In this document: positions 1 through 11,200 of the stretch, in pieces
How positions within the stretch are numbered: the stretch's first letter is position 1
How the letters are laid out: every line of letters starts with the position of its first letter
Source of the DNA: Candidatus Saccharimonadota bacterium
Lineage (GTDB): Bacteria > Pseudomonadota > Gammaproteobacteria > Enterobacterales > Enterobacteriaceae
DNA: 32,000 nucleotides
NCBI RefSeq assembly: GCF_000185985.2
Contig: NC_014909.2
Coordinates: forward strand, 360,001 to 392,000
Direction: 5' to 3'
Made by a program: the position numbers and the translations under genes
Notes under the pieces: generated by a model
Told to the model about the DNA's origin: nothing
Seen by the model: the letters and a program-made list of their open reading frames with translations, nothing else
The model's database searches: none

Positions 1-626
1 TTTATTTGATAAATATCGCGATCATTTTTATGATCATATTCATCCTCAATTTCACCTACAATTAATTCTAATATATTTTCAATGGTAATAATTCCAGACA
101 TGCTTCCAAATTCATCAATTATAATTGCCATATGACATCGTTTTGCCCGAAATTCCTTTAACATCCTATCGACACCTTTATTTTCTGGAACTACCATAGC
201 TGGACGTAAAATTTGATTAATATCACATGCTTGAGATTTATTTAATATAAAAGGCAATAAATCTTTAGCAATGAGAATACCTTTAATTTGTTCTAGATTT
301 CCATTTAATACTGGAAATCTAGAATGAGTAGATTTTATAATTATAGATAATTGTTCATCCCAAGATTGTGTATCTTTTAAAAAGACAATTTGAGATCTAG
401 GTACCATGATATCTCTAACCTTTTGTTCAACAATTTCCATTACACCTTCTAACATGTTTTTTGTATCTGAATCAATTAATGAGTTTTCTTCAAAATCACG
501 TATCAAATTTAATAAATCATTCCTATTTTTAAAATTATCTCGAAATAAATGACGTAATAGTACGGCAAAAAAATTTTTTTTCCGGATTGAATTAACGCTT
601 TCCTCCATATTAGTATTATTATTCAT
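1..626 (-). CDS. corC: CorC/YbeX CBS-domain Mg2+/Co2+ efflux-associated protein; the C-terminal part runs off the left edge of the window
   Basis: Hand translation of the minus strand from ATG (624-626) gives MNNNTNMEESVNSIRKKNFFAVLLRHLFRDNFKNRNDLLNLIRD...MLEGVMEIVEQKVRDIMVPRSQ...HMAIIIDEFGSMSGIITIENILELIVGEIEDEYD. This is colinear with E. coli CorC. It is absent from the ORF track only because it is truncated. It sits upstream of ybeY-ybeZ as in E. coli. Confidence 0.88.
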   Translation of the reverse strand, partial: MNNNTNMEESVNSIRKKNFFAVLLRHLFRDNFKNRNDLLNLIRDFEENSLIDSDTKNMLEGVMEIVEQKVRDIMVPRSQIVFLKDTQSWDEQLSIIIKSTHSRFPVLNGNLEQIKGILIAKDLLPFILNKSQACDINQILRPAMVVPENKGVDRMLKEFRAKRCHMAIIIDEFGSMSGIITIENILELIVGEIEDEYDHKNDRDIYQI

Positions 627-679
627 AATGTTATTTATATATTTTTGATTTGATTATATGTGATGAATTTATATAATTT

Positions 680-1147
680 TTAATTAAAAAAATAATAATT
701 GTGATATCCAAATTTTTGCATTATATTTAATTCCATCTGATGCATTAATTCAGCATCTTTGTTTAAAATATGATCATACCCCAATAAATGTAATGAGCCA
801 TGAATGATCATATGAGCCCAATGCATAATAGAAGATATATTATATTGTTTCGATTCATATTCTATAATTTGCTTACAAATTACAATATCTCCTAATAGGG
901 AAGATAATATTCCTTTTAATGGTGTTTTAAACGGAAAAGACAACACATTTGTCGGATGTTTTTTTCCTGCATAATACCAATTCAAATACAACATTTCTTG
1001 TATATCTACTATTCTAATAGTTAACTCTATTTTTTTATTGTACAGAAAAAAAATTTTTTTTATCCATTTTTGAAATATCTTTTTATTAGGTATGCCATAT
1101 AAATTTGTACATGCTATTTGTAAATTAAGAGTAATTTTATTAGCCAT
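680..1147 (-). CDS. ybeY: Endoribonuclease YbeY (16S rRNA 3' end maturation)
   Basis: 155 aa, the same length as E. coli YbeY. Carries the conserved PTNVLSFPF and HGSLHLLGYDH metal-binding motifs. ATG start. Position is syntenic. Confidence 0.95.
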   Translation of the reverse strand: MANKITLNLQIACTNLYGIPNKKIFQKWIKKIFFLYNKKIELTIRIVDIQEMLYLNWYYAGKKHPTNVLSFPFKTPLKGILSSLLGDIVICKQIIEYESKQYNISSIMHWAHMIIHGSLHLLGYDHILNKDAELMHQMELNIMQKFGYHNYYFFN

Positions 1148-1186
1148 ATTAATGGTTCCTTTAAATTTAAATATATAAAATTTATA

Positions 1187-2176
1187 TTAATCACAAGATT
1201 CGTAAGCGTCTATAATTTTAGTCACGATTGCGTGACGTACTGAATCTGATTTATTAAAAAAATTGAAACTAATATCTTTAATTACAGATAATATTTTAAT
1301 AGCATGAGCTAAACCTGATTCTTGATATGATGGTAAATCGACTTGAGTAATATCTCCAGTGATTATTGCTTTAGAATTAAAACCAATTCGTGTTAAAAAC
1401 ATTTTCATTTGTGTGATAGTTGTATTTTGACTTTCATCTAAAATAACAATAGCGTTATTTAATGTGCGTCCACGCATATATGCCAATGGAATTACTTCAA
1501 TGGTGTTTTTTTGTATTAATTGATCCATTTCTTTATATCCCAATACGTCACCTAATGCGTCATACAACGGACGTATATAAGGATCTGTTTTTTGATTAAA
1601 ATCTCCAGGTAAAAAACCTAGTTTTTCCCCAGCTTCAATAGCAGGACGACTTAAAATAATGTGTTGATTTTTTTTACGTTCTAATAAATCTATTGCTATA
1701 GCTATTGCTAAATATGTTTTTCCAGTACCTGAAGGGCCTATTCCAAATGTAATATCATGGTTGAAAATATTAGCAATATATCGAGCTTGATTTAAAGTAC
1801 GAGGCTTAATGATTCTATGTTTCAGAGTGATTTGCATTTGTATTGAGATAAAATTATTTTTTATGTTTGTTAAATAATTTGGTTGTTGTGTTAGTGCTTG
1901 AATATATTGAATAGCAAAAGATACTTGGTCAGGATTAATATCATTAATTGCTCCATGAATAGATATTGTATTTTCGTATAACAAAATTAAAGTTTTTATG
2001 GCAATGTCTACTGACAAGGATAATCCTTGTAATTTAAAAATGTTATTTTGCCTGCTAATAGTAATACTTAGTTGATGTTCGAATTGTTTTAAATTATCAT
2101 CACAAGGCCCACATAGGCTATTTAATCGTTTATTATTGGTTGGTTTTAATACAATGTCTATAATCTTTATGTTCAA
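1187..2176 (-). CDS. ybeZ: PhoH-like ATPase YbeZ
   Basis: 329 aa with Walker A GPSGTGKTYLA and the conserved LSRPAIEAGEKLGFLPGD and LAYMRGRTLN motifs. The N-terminus MNIKIIDIVLKP aligns to E. coli MNIDTREITLEP. The start codon is TTG (2174-2176), preceded by AAGGAAG, and there is no in-frame ATG upstream before a stop. Confidence 0.93.
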   Translation of the reverse strand: MNIKIIDIVLKPTNNKRLNSLCGPCDDNLKQFEHQLSITISRQNNIFKLQGLSLSVDIAIKTLILLYENTISIHGAINDINPDQVSFAIQYIQALTQQPNYLTNIKNNFISIQMQITLKHRIIKPRTLNQARYIANIFNHDITFGIGPSGTGKTYLAIAIAIDLLERKKNQHIILSRPAIEAGEKLGFLPGDFNQKTDPYIRPLYDALGDVLGYKEMDQLIQKNTIEVIPLAYMRGRTLNNAIVILDESQNTTITQMKMFLTRIGFNSKAIITGDITQVDLPSYQESGLAHAIKILSVIKDISFNFFNKSDSVRHAIVTKIIDAYESCD

Positions 2177-2559
2177 ATATTGCTTCCTTATTCTTATAAA
2201 TTAATTAAAATCATTGAAATTTAATATTTAATAAGAAAATTTTATAAATCTGAACAATATTCTTATTTAATAATATATATATCTACAATACTTTAAATGT
2301 ATTGAATATAACTTTATAAATTAAATATGAGAATATAATCAATTTTAATAAATAAAAGCACATTATAAGTATTATGTGTATATGCCTTATAAATAATTTG
2401 CATATGTTATAACATGTATTTCATGCTACGAAATATAAGAATGATGTAGTGTAAAACAGTTTTATTAAAATTTTCCAAAATTTTATATATAACATAATAA
2501 AATATTTACATTTTTATATATACTATCTTATTATATAATAATATTGTGTTGTAGGTAAC

Positions 2560-3756
2560 ATGAATAAATTATTTTATGATGTGTTAATATGTGGAGCAGG
2601 TATTATTGGATCAGCTTTAGCATTACGTTTAGCTCAATCTGGATTACTAATCGCCATAGTTGACCATAATAATTTAATTTTAAAAAAGAATAAAAATACT
2701 ATACCAGATAGCAGAGTTTCTGCTATTAATTATGCTTCAGTTAATTTTTTTAAGAAAATTAATATTTGGAAAGATATTCCTTCTGAATTTTTAGCTTCAT
2801 ATCATTATTTAAAAGTATGGGAATGTCCAATATCGGTAGTGACGTTTAATTCTAATTCTATAGGTTTATCTGAAATGGGGTTTACTATTGAAAATAATCG
2901 ATTAAAATCCATTTTATGGAAAGCTATGATAAATTCTTTAAGAATAACATTATATTGCCCATCCATATTAGTTGATTTTCAATATAATGGCACATATTGG
3001 CAATGTACTTTAAATAATAATATTATAGTAAACAGTTGGTTATTAATAGGAGCTGATGGGACATATTCAAAAATAAGAGAAAGATTAGGTATTGGAGTAA
3101 CAGGACATATATACAATCAGTATTGTATGTTATTAACTATTAAAACTGAATATTCTAAACAAGGAACAATTTGGCAGATTTTTACTCCAAGAGGGCCTAT
3201 AGGATTTTTACCTTTGTATGATCGTTGGGGATCATTAATGTGGTTTGATACGGGTAAATATATTCGTCGATTACAATGTTTACCTAAACTGATATTAGAA
3301 AAAAAAATCAAAACTAATTTTTATAAACAATTAGGAGAGTGTTCATTACATAATATACTGATAATACCTTTATTAACTCAACAACCACATTATTGCGTTT
3401 TTTCTGGGGGGGTGTTAATTGGAGATTCGGCGCATACAATTCATCCCTTAGCTGGTCAGGGTATCAATTTAGGTATTCGAGATGTCATGCAATTATCTAA
3501 ATTGTTAATTGACATAGGTAATTTTAAAAAAGATGTTTTAATTTTACAGGAAATATTACAATCCTATCAAAATAAACGAAAATTTGATGTTAGTTTGATG
3601 CAGAATAGCATAAATTGGTTACATACGATATTTCATAATAATTTTTTACCCCTGAAAATTACAAGAAATTTAACTTTTATGATGATAGAACGGTTGCCTT
3701 ATATTAAAAGGCAAATATTAAGATATGCAGTAGGTGTATCAAGTTTTATTAAATAA
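2560..3756 (+). CDS. ubiF: Ubiquinone biosynthesis flavin monooxygenase (UbiF-type)
   Basis: 398 aa with an N-terminal GAGIIGSALAL FAD fold. WQIFTPRGPIGFLPLYDRWGSLMWFD and GDSAHTIHPLAGQGINLG match E. coli UbiF (WQQFTPDGPRAFLPLFDNWASLVWYD / GDAAHTIHPLAGQGVNLG). It occupies the same map position as E. coli ubiF. Confidence 0.88.
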   Translation: MNKLFYDVLICGAGIIGSALALRLAQSGLLIAIVDHNNLILKKNKNTIPDSRVSAINYASVNFFKKINIWKDIPSEFLASYHYLKVWECPISVVTFNSNSIGLSEMGFTIENNRLKSILWKAMINSLRITLYCPSILVDFQYNGTYWQCTLNNNIIVNSWLLIGADGTYSKIRERLGIGVTGHIYNQYCMLLTIKTEYSKQGTIWQIFTPRGPIGFLPLYDRWGSLMWFDTGKYIRRLQCLPKLILEKKIKTNFYKQLGECSLHNILIIPLLTQQPHYCVFSGGVLIGDSAHTIHPLAGQGINLGIRDVMQLSKLLIDIGNFKKDVLILQEILQSYQNKRKFDVSLMQNSINWLHTIFHNNFLPLKITRNLTFMMIERLPYIKRQILRYAVGVSSFIK

Positions 3757-3991
3757 TTATAAAATCTATTAATTGAATATTATCAATGCATATTGATAAT
3801 GCGCATGTATATTAAACTGTAATTTTATTTCTTAAATTCAAAATGCATAACCTTAGAAAATTTAATATAATTTAAATTTTGATTTTTAAATCAAAATATT
3901 CTGGGTATAGCTGGTGCAGCTAAAATCATATAATCTTAATTAATTATAATACATATTGTATAATATAGACTATTTTTCCTCAACTAGGCAA

Positions 3992-4063
3992 CTGGGGTAC
4001 CAGGATTCGAACCTGGGAGTGGCGGGATCAAAACCCGCTGCCTTTCCTCTTGGCTATACCCCA
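3992..4063 (-). tRNA. glnU: tRNA-Gln (anticodon UUG)
   Basis: Minus strand reads TGGGGTATAGCCAAGAGGAAAGGCAGCGGGTTTTGATCCCGCCACTCCCAGGTTCGAATCCTGGTACCCCAG. The cloverleaf and the UUG anticodon loop are nearly identical to E. coli tRNA-Gln. The 3' CCA is not encoded. Confidence 0.95.
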
Positions 4064-4165
4064 TTTTTATGTTTTTAAGCTCTATTAAAATATTATATAA
4101 AAATAAAACTTTACTTGATACTAATTTTAATCATCAGTAAATATTTTTGTATAATTCTTATATAA

Positions 4166-4247
4166 TACGGGAGACGAGATTTGAACTCGTATACCTATTG
4201 GTACCAGAACCTAAATCTGGAGCGTCTACCTATTTCGCCACTCCCGC
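4166..4247 (-). tRNA. leuW: tRNA-Leu (anticodon UAG), long variable arm
   Basis: Minus strand reads GCGGGAGTGGCGAAATAGGTAGACGCTCCAGATTTAGGTTCTGGTACCAATAGGTATACGAGTTCAAATCTCGTCTCCCGTA, which matches E. coli leuW. The anticodon loop is TTTAGGT. CCA is not encoded. Positions 1:72 form a G-U pair. Confidence 0.95.
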
Positions 4248-4389
4248 ATTTTCATCTAAATAATGCCTAAATACAATATTATATTGTATATGAATAAATT
4301 TAATAAAAAATAGTAAATTTCATGGAGATAAAATCAGTATTTTTTTTGCCACAATCAAATAAAAATATAATAAACCCAGATATAGTAAG

Positions 4390-4463
<74 letters not shown>

Positions 4464-4787
4464 CTATCCATACATTATTTCATTATGTATTATAATTTCA
4501 GTTAATTCATAATTAGAGCACTACCAGTATTCTATTTTAATTTTGTTATTTTATATATAAAGATTGTTTTTCAAAAAGCATAAAAATGTTTGATACTTGT
4601 TTCACCGTACAAAATAATATTTGTTATTATATCAAAAAATAAAAACATTCTTTTTCAGACATAGAGAATCAATTCATAATAATAATAAACAATTGCCTAA
4701 AAACTAGTTAGATAAATTACACAATAAACAAAACCCAATTTTTTATCAAATTAAAATATATAAGTGTAATTAATTACATTTTACAAT

Positions 4788-5942
4788 TTAATTAGAAATA
4801 ACATATATTTTGCCATCGACAACTGTTTTTTTTATTTGATATTTTTTATCAAATACAGTTAGATTAGCAATTTTATTTTTTTCTAAACTCCCTAAATAAT
4901 TATCTATTCCGATAGCTCGAGCTGGATATAAGGTAGCCATACGTAATGCTTCATCTAAAGGAATATTAGCATATTTTACACTATTTTGTATAGCTTGAAT
5001 CATTGTTAAACTAGATCCGCTCAGCACACCATGGCTATTTGTACAAATATTTTTGTGATGTAGTATAGTTTCACCAGAAAAAATAAAATTAGTAATATAT
5101 TCAGCTCCAGAAGGACTAGTCCCATCAGTCACTAAAATTAAATGATCTTTTTTGATTTGTTTAGCGTATTTTATATTATTCCAATGAACATGTATACCAT
5201 CTGCTATAATGCTACAATAAATTTGTGTAGTATCAAAAATAGCTCCAATTACCCCTGGTTCCCGAGCATAGATTGGTGGCATAGCGTTGAATAAATGAGT
5301 TCCAAACGATACTCCAGATAGAAAACTAAGTTTAGTCTCATAATAAGTAGCGTTCGAATGCCCAATAGATATACATATGCCCGATCTTTGTAATTTTTCA
5401 ATAACCACACAATCTAACTGCTCAGGAGCAAGAGTAATTTTTTTTATGATATCGCTATTACTACATAAATAATCTAGTATTTTTTTTGTTGGAGACCGTA
5501 TTAAATTAGAATTATGTATACCTTTTTTTTTAGCATTAAGGAAAGGGCCTTCTAAATGTAGTCCTAAAACTTGACTTTTATTCTGATTTGAAAAGATACG
5601 CACTACTTTTATGGCTTGTTTCATTAAAGAATCATTGCTAGTAATTAGAGTTGGCAAAAAACTAGTACACCCAAAACGTCTATTAGTAATTTTCATAATT
5701 TCTAAAGTTTGACTAGATATTGATTGTGAATTATCGTTAAATTGCACTCCTCCACATCCATTGAGTTGTAAATCTATAAACCCAGGGGATACGATAAGTC
5801 CTAATAAATTATGCGTGTTGATATTAATAGGTAAATGAGCAGTTGGGCAAATTTCTTTAATATAACCATCAGATATAATCAGAGCATGATCGTCTAAAAT
5901 ATGATATCCAGTATAAATTTTGCCGTTAACTAAAGCGTACAT
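4788..5942 (-). CDS. nagA: N-acetylglucosamine-6-phosphate deacetylase
   Basis: Colinear with E. coli NagA (MYALVNGKIYTG.. vs MYALTQGRIFTG..; QLNGCGGVQFND, LHLEGPFLN, GHSNAT and SGSSLTM motifs). I use the ATG at 5940-5942. The track start at 5957 is a TTG five codons upstream. Confidence 0.94.
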   Translation of the reverse strand: MYALVNGKIYTGYHILDDHALIISDGYIKEICPTAHLPININTHNLLGLIVSPGFIDLQLNGCGGVQFNDNSQSISSQTLEIMKITNRRFGCTSFLPTLITSNDSLMKQAIKVVRIFSNQNKSQVLGLHLEGPFLNAKKKGIHNSNLIRSPTKKILDYLCSNSDIIKKITLAPEQLDCVVIEKLQRSGICISIGHSNATYYETKLSFLSGVSFGTHLFNAMPPIYAREPGVIGAIFDTTQIYCSIIADGIHVHWNNIKYAKQIKKDHLILVTDGTSPSGAEYITNFIFSGETILHHKNICTNSHGVLSGSSLTMIQAIQNSVKYANIPLDEALRMATLYPARAIGIDNYLGSLEKNKIANLTVFDKKYQIKKTVVDGKIYVISN

Positions 5943-5953
5943 ATAATAAAAAT

Positions 5954-6757
5954 TCAATCAACGATAACAGAATTGTTCATTTCTAATTCTTGAAAATACT
6001 TAATAGTTTTAAGTTTTAATTCTATAGACGACGAATCATCGCATACTAATATAGATTTTTGGTGTAATTGTAAACAACTTATAGGCCACATATGATTTAT
6101 ATTACCTTCAATTGCAGCTTGTACCGCAATCGCCTTATCTTGTCCTGTGGCTATTATCAATATTTCTTGAGATTCAAGCAATGTAGCTAATCCAATAGTT
6201 AATGCTAGTTTTGGTACACAATCAATATTATTATTAAAAAATTGAGCATTTGATATCCGAGTGTCCTTGCTTAAATTTTTAATGCGCGTTCTTGAACTGA
6301 AAGAAGAACCAGGTTCATTAAAAGCAAGATGCCCATCCTTACCAACTCCTCCAACAAATAAATGAACACTGCCGTACGATTTAATTTTTTTTTCGTATCT
6401 TTCACATTCTAAATGTAAATCTTCAGCATTCCCGTTTAAAAAATTTACGTTTTCTTTTAAAATATCAATATGATCAGCAAAAGTATTATGTATAAATTTG
6501 CAATAACTTCTTTGATCTTCTCGAGATAAACCAAGGTATTCATCCATGGTAAATATTATTACATGTTTAAAACTCACTTGTCCATTTTGGTGTATTTTTA
6601 TGAGTTTTTTATAAGTTTTTATAGGAGTATTTCCGGTTGGTAACCCTAATATAAAAGGGTTTATTTTAGTAGGTTTAAAATAATTAATTTTCCATACTAT
6701 ATAATCTGAAACCCATTGAGCAACTTGATCTGAATTATTTAAAAATATAACTCTCAT
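5954..6757 (-). CDS. nagB: Glucosamine-6-phosphate deaminase
   Basis: 267 aa and colinear with E. coli NagB ([50 protein letters not shown]). It lies directly upstream of nagA as in the nagBA operon. Confidence 0.96.
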   Translation of the reverse strand: MRVIFLNNSDQVAQWVSDYIVWKINYFKPTKINPFILGLPTGNTPIKTYKKLIKIHQNGQVSFKHVIIFTMDEYLGLSREDQRSYCKFIHNTFADHIDILKENVNFLNGNAEDLHLECERYEKKIKSYGSVHLFVGGVGKDGHLAFNEPGSSFSSRTRIKNLSKDTRISNAQFFNNNIDCVPKLALTIGLATLLESQEILIIATGQDKAIAVQAAIEGNINHMWPISCLQLHQKSILVCDDSSSIELKLKTIKYFQELEMNNSVIVD

Positions 6758-7164
6758 AAAAATAAACCCGTATTAATTACTGTCATTGTATATTAAAGTA
6801 ATTAATGAAATAAATATAGAGAATTTTATAAATACCATGTATATAATTAATACATGTTACAACATAGCTGTTTTCCTTAAAATTTGAATGAGTATTTACT
6901 GTTATCTATATGTACAAGAAATGAAATTCACATATATTAAAGAAAAATCATCTTAATGTTTTATTTATTAAAATAAAAAAATTAGTTAAATTCTTCTTAA
7001 TTATCACATTGTAGCAAAAAAATATTTTTAAACAGATTTGTAAAATATTTAATAAATTTTTAATATCACATTTTTTTTGAATTTTTATTTAAATTAAATT
7101 TTAGTGGAACAAAATTCATACATAATATATTATATATATACATTGAAAAAAATGATTAAATATA

Positions 7165-8811
7165 ATGTATTATAAGTCTAATTTTATATATAAAATCGTT
7201 GATCAAGATTTTAAGTTAAAAAAGTGCACCAAAATTCACACAAGATTTCCTCCGGAACCTAATGGTTATTTACATATCGGGCATGCAAAATCTATTTGTT
7301 TAAATTTTAATATTGCTCAAAAGTATAATGGAAAATGTAATTTAAGATTTGATGATACAAACCCAACAAAAGAACATAAAGAATACGTAAAATCTATAAA
7401 ATATGATATTCAGTGGCTTGGATTCATGTGGGATAATACAGCACGTTATACTTCAGATTATTTCGAAAAATTATATGCATATGCTATTGAACTTATTAAA
7501 AAAGGATTAGCATATGTAGATGAATTGTCTATGTATGACATTAAAAAATATAGAGGGACGCTAACAAAAATTGGAATAGATAGTCCTTATAGATACCGAA
7601 GTATCAAAGAAAACTTAATTTATTTTACTAAAATGCGTGATGGAGGATTTTTAGAAGGAAAAGCTTGTTTAAGAGCTAAAATTAATATGGCTGATGCTTC
7701 TGTGATTATGAGAGATCCAGTATTATACCGAATTAAATATACTTCACATCATCGTGTTGGAAAAAATTGGTGTATTTATCCAACATATGATTTCAGTCAT
7801 TGTATATCAGATGCAATAGAAGGAATTACGCATTCATTATGCACTTTGGAATTTCAAGAAAATCGTCGTTTATATAATTGGATATTAAAAAACACTAGCA
7901 TTACCCAATATCCTGTGCAATATGAATTTGCTCGGCTTAACTTAACATATGTAATTACCTCTAAACGTCAAATTAACGTATTGATTAAAAATAAAATAGT
8001 AGATGGATGGGATGATCCTCGTCTTCTTACTATTTCTGGATTGCGTCGTAGAGGATACACAGCTGCATCAATTCGTGAATTTTGTCAACGTATTGGAGTC
8101 AGTAGGCAAGATAGTCAAATAGAATTATCAGTATTAGAATCTTGTATTCGAAATGACTTAAATAAAACGGCTCCTAGATTAATGGCGGTAATTCATCCTA
8201 TAAAAGTTATAATTAGTAATTTTCCAGAAGGATATGAAGAAAAAATTATAGTGCCTAATCATCCTAGTAATTATAATCTAGGAACCCGTTTTGTAATTTT
8301 TACTAAAGAAATTTTTATTGATCGTTTTGATTTCTATGAAAAACTCGATTCTAATTTTCCTAAGTTAACTATAGGAACAGAGATACGTTTAAGATATGCT
8401 TATATTATTCGGGCTAACCATGTCATAAAAGATGTGAATGGTAATATTCTAGCTATATATTGTAACTATAATCCACATACTTTAAATAAAAATCCTATAA
8501 ATGACAAAAAGGTTTATAAGGTTATTCACTGGGTATCAGCACAAAAAAATATCCCCGCAAAATTCCATTTTTATGATAAATTATTTACTCACCCCAACCC
8601 TTCAACTGTAAGGAATTTATTGAATATTGTGAACCCTACCTCATTAATAAGTTTAAAAGGATATATTGAATCAGGTATATCATTTTTTAAACACCCTGGT
8701 CCTTATCAATTCGAACGAGAAGGTTATTTCATTTTAGATCATCAATACAGTAAACCTACTGATTTGGTATTTAACAGAATTGTAACTTTAAAAAAGTCTT
8801 CGGTAAGATAA
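7165..8811 (+). CDS. glnS: Glutaminyl-tRNA synthetase
   Basis: 548 aa with the HIGH motif ([19 protein letters not shown]) and a VITSKR (KMSKS-type) motif. Colinear with E. coli GlnS. Confidence 0.97.
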   Translation: MYYKSNFIYKIVDQDFKLKKCTKIHTRFPPEPNGYLHIGHAKSICLNFNIAQKYNGKCNLRFDDTNPTKEHKEYVKSIKYDIQWLGFMWDNTARYTSDYFEKLYAYAIELIKKGLAYVDELSMYDIKKYRGTLTKIGIDSPYRYRSIKENLIYFTKMRDGGFLEGKACLRAKINMADASVIMRDPVLYRIKYTSHHRVGKNWCIYPTYDFSHCISDAIEGITHSLCTLEFQENRRLYNWILKNTSITQYPVQYEFARLNLTYVITSKRQINVLIKNKIVDGWDDPRLLTISGLRRRGYTAASIREFCQRIGVSRQDSQIELSVLESCIRNDLNKTAPRLMAVIHPIKVIISNFPEGYEEKIIVPNHPSNYNLGTRFVIFTKEIFIDRFDFYEKLDSNFPKLTIGTEIRLRYAYIIRANHVIKDVNGNILAIYCNYNPHTLNKNPINDKKVYKVIHWVSAQKNIPAKFHFYDKLFTHPNPSTVRNLLNIVNPTSLISLKGYIESGISFFKHPGPYQFEREGYFILDHQYSKPTDLVFNRIVTLKKSSVR

Positions 8812-8889
8812 TAATATCTACATATCTAATGTATTAAATACATGTATATAAAGTGATATGTGTGTATCCGTTTTATTCTAAAAAACTAT

Positions 8890-9405
8890 TTATATGTTCA
8901 TTTCTACACATATTTTATTAACCCAATTTTTTACTCTCAATTCCGTCATATCTGGTTGCCTATCTTCATCTATTGCCAAACCAACAAATTGATCATTATT
9001 AATAATGCTTTTTGACATATCAAAATAATACCCAGAACTAGGCCATAAACCGATTACCTTTGCTCCATTCTTTAACACAATTTTATATAAAATGCTCATA
9101 GCATCACAAAAATACTCTGAATAATCTTCTTGATCTCCGCATCCAAAAATTGCTACTTTTTTATCATAAAAATTTATATTTTTAAATATAGGTAAAAAAG
9201 AATCCCAATCACATTGAGGCTCCCCGTAATACCAAGTAGGAATACCAAATATTAACTTATCATAGGTTTCTATATCTTCTTTAGAGCTTTCAGCAATATC
9301 AAAAATATCTGATAAATTTTTTCCTATTTTTGTTTGAATCATTTTAGCAAGTTTTTCAGTATTACCCGTATCACTGCCAAAAAAAATACCTACTGATTTT
9401 TTCAT
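8890..9405 (-). CDS. fldA: Flavodoxin 1
   Basis: 171 aa. [50 protein letters not shown] and [12 protein letters not shown] are near-identical to E. coli FldA. Confidence 0.96.
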   Translation of the reverse strand: MKKSVGIFFGSDTGNTEKLAKMIQTKIGKNLSDIFDIAESSKEDIETYDKLIFGIPTWYYGEPQCDWDSFLPIFKNINFYDKKVAIFGCGDQEDYSEYFCDAMSILYKIVLKNGAKVIGLWPSSGYYFDMSKSIINNDQFVGLAIDEDRQPDMTELRVKNWVNKICVEMNI

Positions 9406-10119
9406 AATTAAACCTTATATCATTAATTACCAAATTTTTATATTATATTTAAATATCACTTTTAGATATTTTTTATATTATTAGTTATTTATTTTAAATT
9501 ATTTAATATAGATTACGTACTCCCAATACTGTATTTATACTCAATTTAAATAAAAGTTGATATATTATATAATACTGGGAGAATGTATTTATGTACCCAT
9601 AAAACACCCATATCTTAATTATCATTAATTTTGTATCTTATTTAAATAAAAAGTAAATCATATAAAATTAGCAATTTATCTCCTCTCTGAAAATAGAGGT
9701 ATATCTTATTTGATATACGTATAAAAATTGGGGGTAATAAAAATTAATACTTACTATTATCGATAAATTTTTTATTATAACATAATGACATAAAAATCTA
9801 TAATTTACATATTAAAAAAGCAATAAAACCAATAACTTTAACAATATGTTATATATTATTAATTAATTAATGTAACGTGATTATGTACTTACAATTATAT
9901 AATTAATTACTATGTACAATTTTTATCTTTTATTTATTTAACATTATATTATATATTATATAATGTTATATTAATTCACTCAATCAAAAAAAAGTAAATA
10001 TCAATATTATCTCTTAATTTTGCAACAAGAATAATAGAAAAATATATAAAGTATTTAATATTAGTAACATAAAAGAAGTATGTAATAAGATATATTAATA
10101 CAAAATCTTTTTAAATTAG

Positions 10120-11200
10120 TTATTCTATATTTATGTAAGAAATATTTAATATAATAATACGTTTCATCTTATGGGAACGTGTCTGTAATAACTGTATTAT
10201 TAATTAATATTTTCAATTTATATTAGCAATATTAATACTCAGTTTTATTATTGTAATAATGTAAAACATAATAAATATATTCTACTTTTTGATTTCGGTT
10301 ATTGCTTTTGGATCATTATAAATTACAATTGAATTTATTTAATATTATTGAAGTAATTTGTAAGTGACAAACTACTGCTATAATAATTACAATATTTTTT
10401 TATTATTACTCTTCAGATAAAAAATTAAATATAGTTCATTTTTGAAACTTTAAATTTAATTGATATAGTTTGAAAAAGTTAAAATTTCATACTTTCATTA
10501 ATAAATTATGTTTTTTAAAAACAAAAAAGTATACTGCATAACTTCAAAAAATATAAAATATCAGATATATAAATCTTCAGAATTATGTTATTATGTTTAT
10601 TGTGCCTTTCATACACATAAAATAACCAAATATCCTGATTTTCATATAAATTGTTAAACTAAAGCTTAAAAAACACCTATATTAGGTAAGGTATTAATTG
10701 AATTTAATTTATTAATTATCAAAAACAAAATATGTATTATTATGACGTTTTTAAAATAATTTATAATTAATATATAAGATTTTTGTTATCTTTTCATTTA
10801 ATTTACTATTTTATATCAAAGTAAATCCTTAACACTTTAAGTCCGATACAATTGACATGGATTTATATTAATGTCTTTTAAAGTTCATGTTTAAAATGCT
10901 ATATAAGCGCACTATAGCAAAATTATTATACATAAATAATATGGTAGTTATATCCTAATTTATTAAAGTATTACATAAAAAAATAAGTAAAATTTTTATA
11001 AAAAATATATTGTATATAAAATATAAAAATCAATAAAATATTAGATTGATAATTGCTTATTAATATTCAGTACATGCAAAATATAAAAATTTTAAATAGC
11101 ATATATAATACAAATGTTCTATTTGTTAAATAAAACACAATATTATTAATACAATTACTCTATTAAAACGCATTACATATAAGCCTATTTCAAAATGGAA
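10120..11200 (-). pseudogene. gltA: Decayed citrate synthase pseudogene (gltA fossil); many in-frame stops and frameshifts
   Basis: No ORF of 60 aa or more exists here, but hand translation of the minus strand gives colinear anchors to E. coli GltA (sequence and residue numbers recalled from memory). The anchors are: 11200-11183 FHFEIG ~ F41TFDPG; 11085-11056 YILHVLNINK ~ Y88ILLNGEK; 10889-10884 HE ~ H115E; 10859-10815 HVNCIGLKVLRIYFD ~ H130PMAVMCGITGALAAFYHD; 10732-10715 YFVFDN ~ PFVYPRND; 10604-10593 HNKH ~ H227ADH; 10499-10455 NESMKF*LFQTISIK ~ N269EAALKMLEEISSVK; 10412-10392 RVIIKKY ~ R307VYKNY (the codon aligned to the catalytic His of GFGH is TGA); 10369-10364 CH ~ C323H; 10317-10243 NDPKAITEIKK*NIFIMFYIITIIK ~ N349[22 protein letters not shown]; 10173-10162 HKMK ~ H400SDGMK. 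Order and spacing are preserved apart from small indels and about 100 nt of extra sequence near 10900-11050. The orientation, divergent from sdhC, is as in E. coli. Confidence 0.6.

Noticed and set aside
3117-3311. A 64-aa ORF antisense to ubiF.
   Set aside because: It lies entirely inside a well-supported gene on the opposite strand and resembles nothing I recognise. It is typical of shadow ORFs.
3901-3921. The GC-richer island ctgggtatagctggtgcagct, about 70 nt downstream of tRNA-Gln, resembles the 3' end of a second tRNA-Gln (E. coli has tandem gln tRNAs here).
   Set aside because: Only about 8 nt (ctggg.ta) match the intact copy and no cloverleaf can be drawn. It is too short to call a relic.
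9593-9613. The plus-strand peptide VPIKHPY is faintly similar to the SeqA motif VPGTPYW. seqA lies near fldA in E. coli.
   Set aside because: There are only four identities with a gap, and the flanking translation shows no further similarity.
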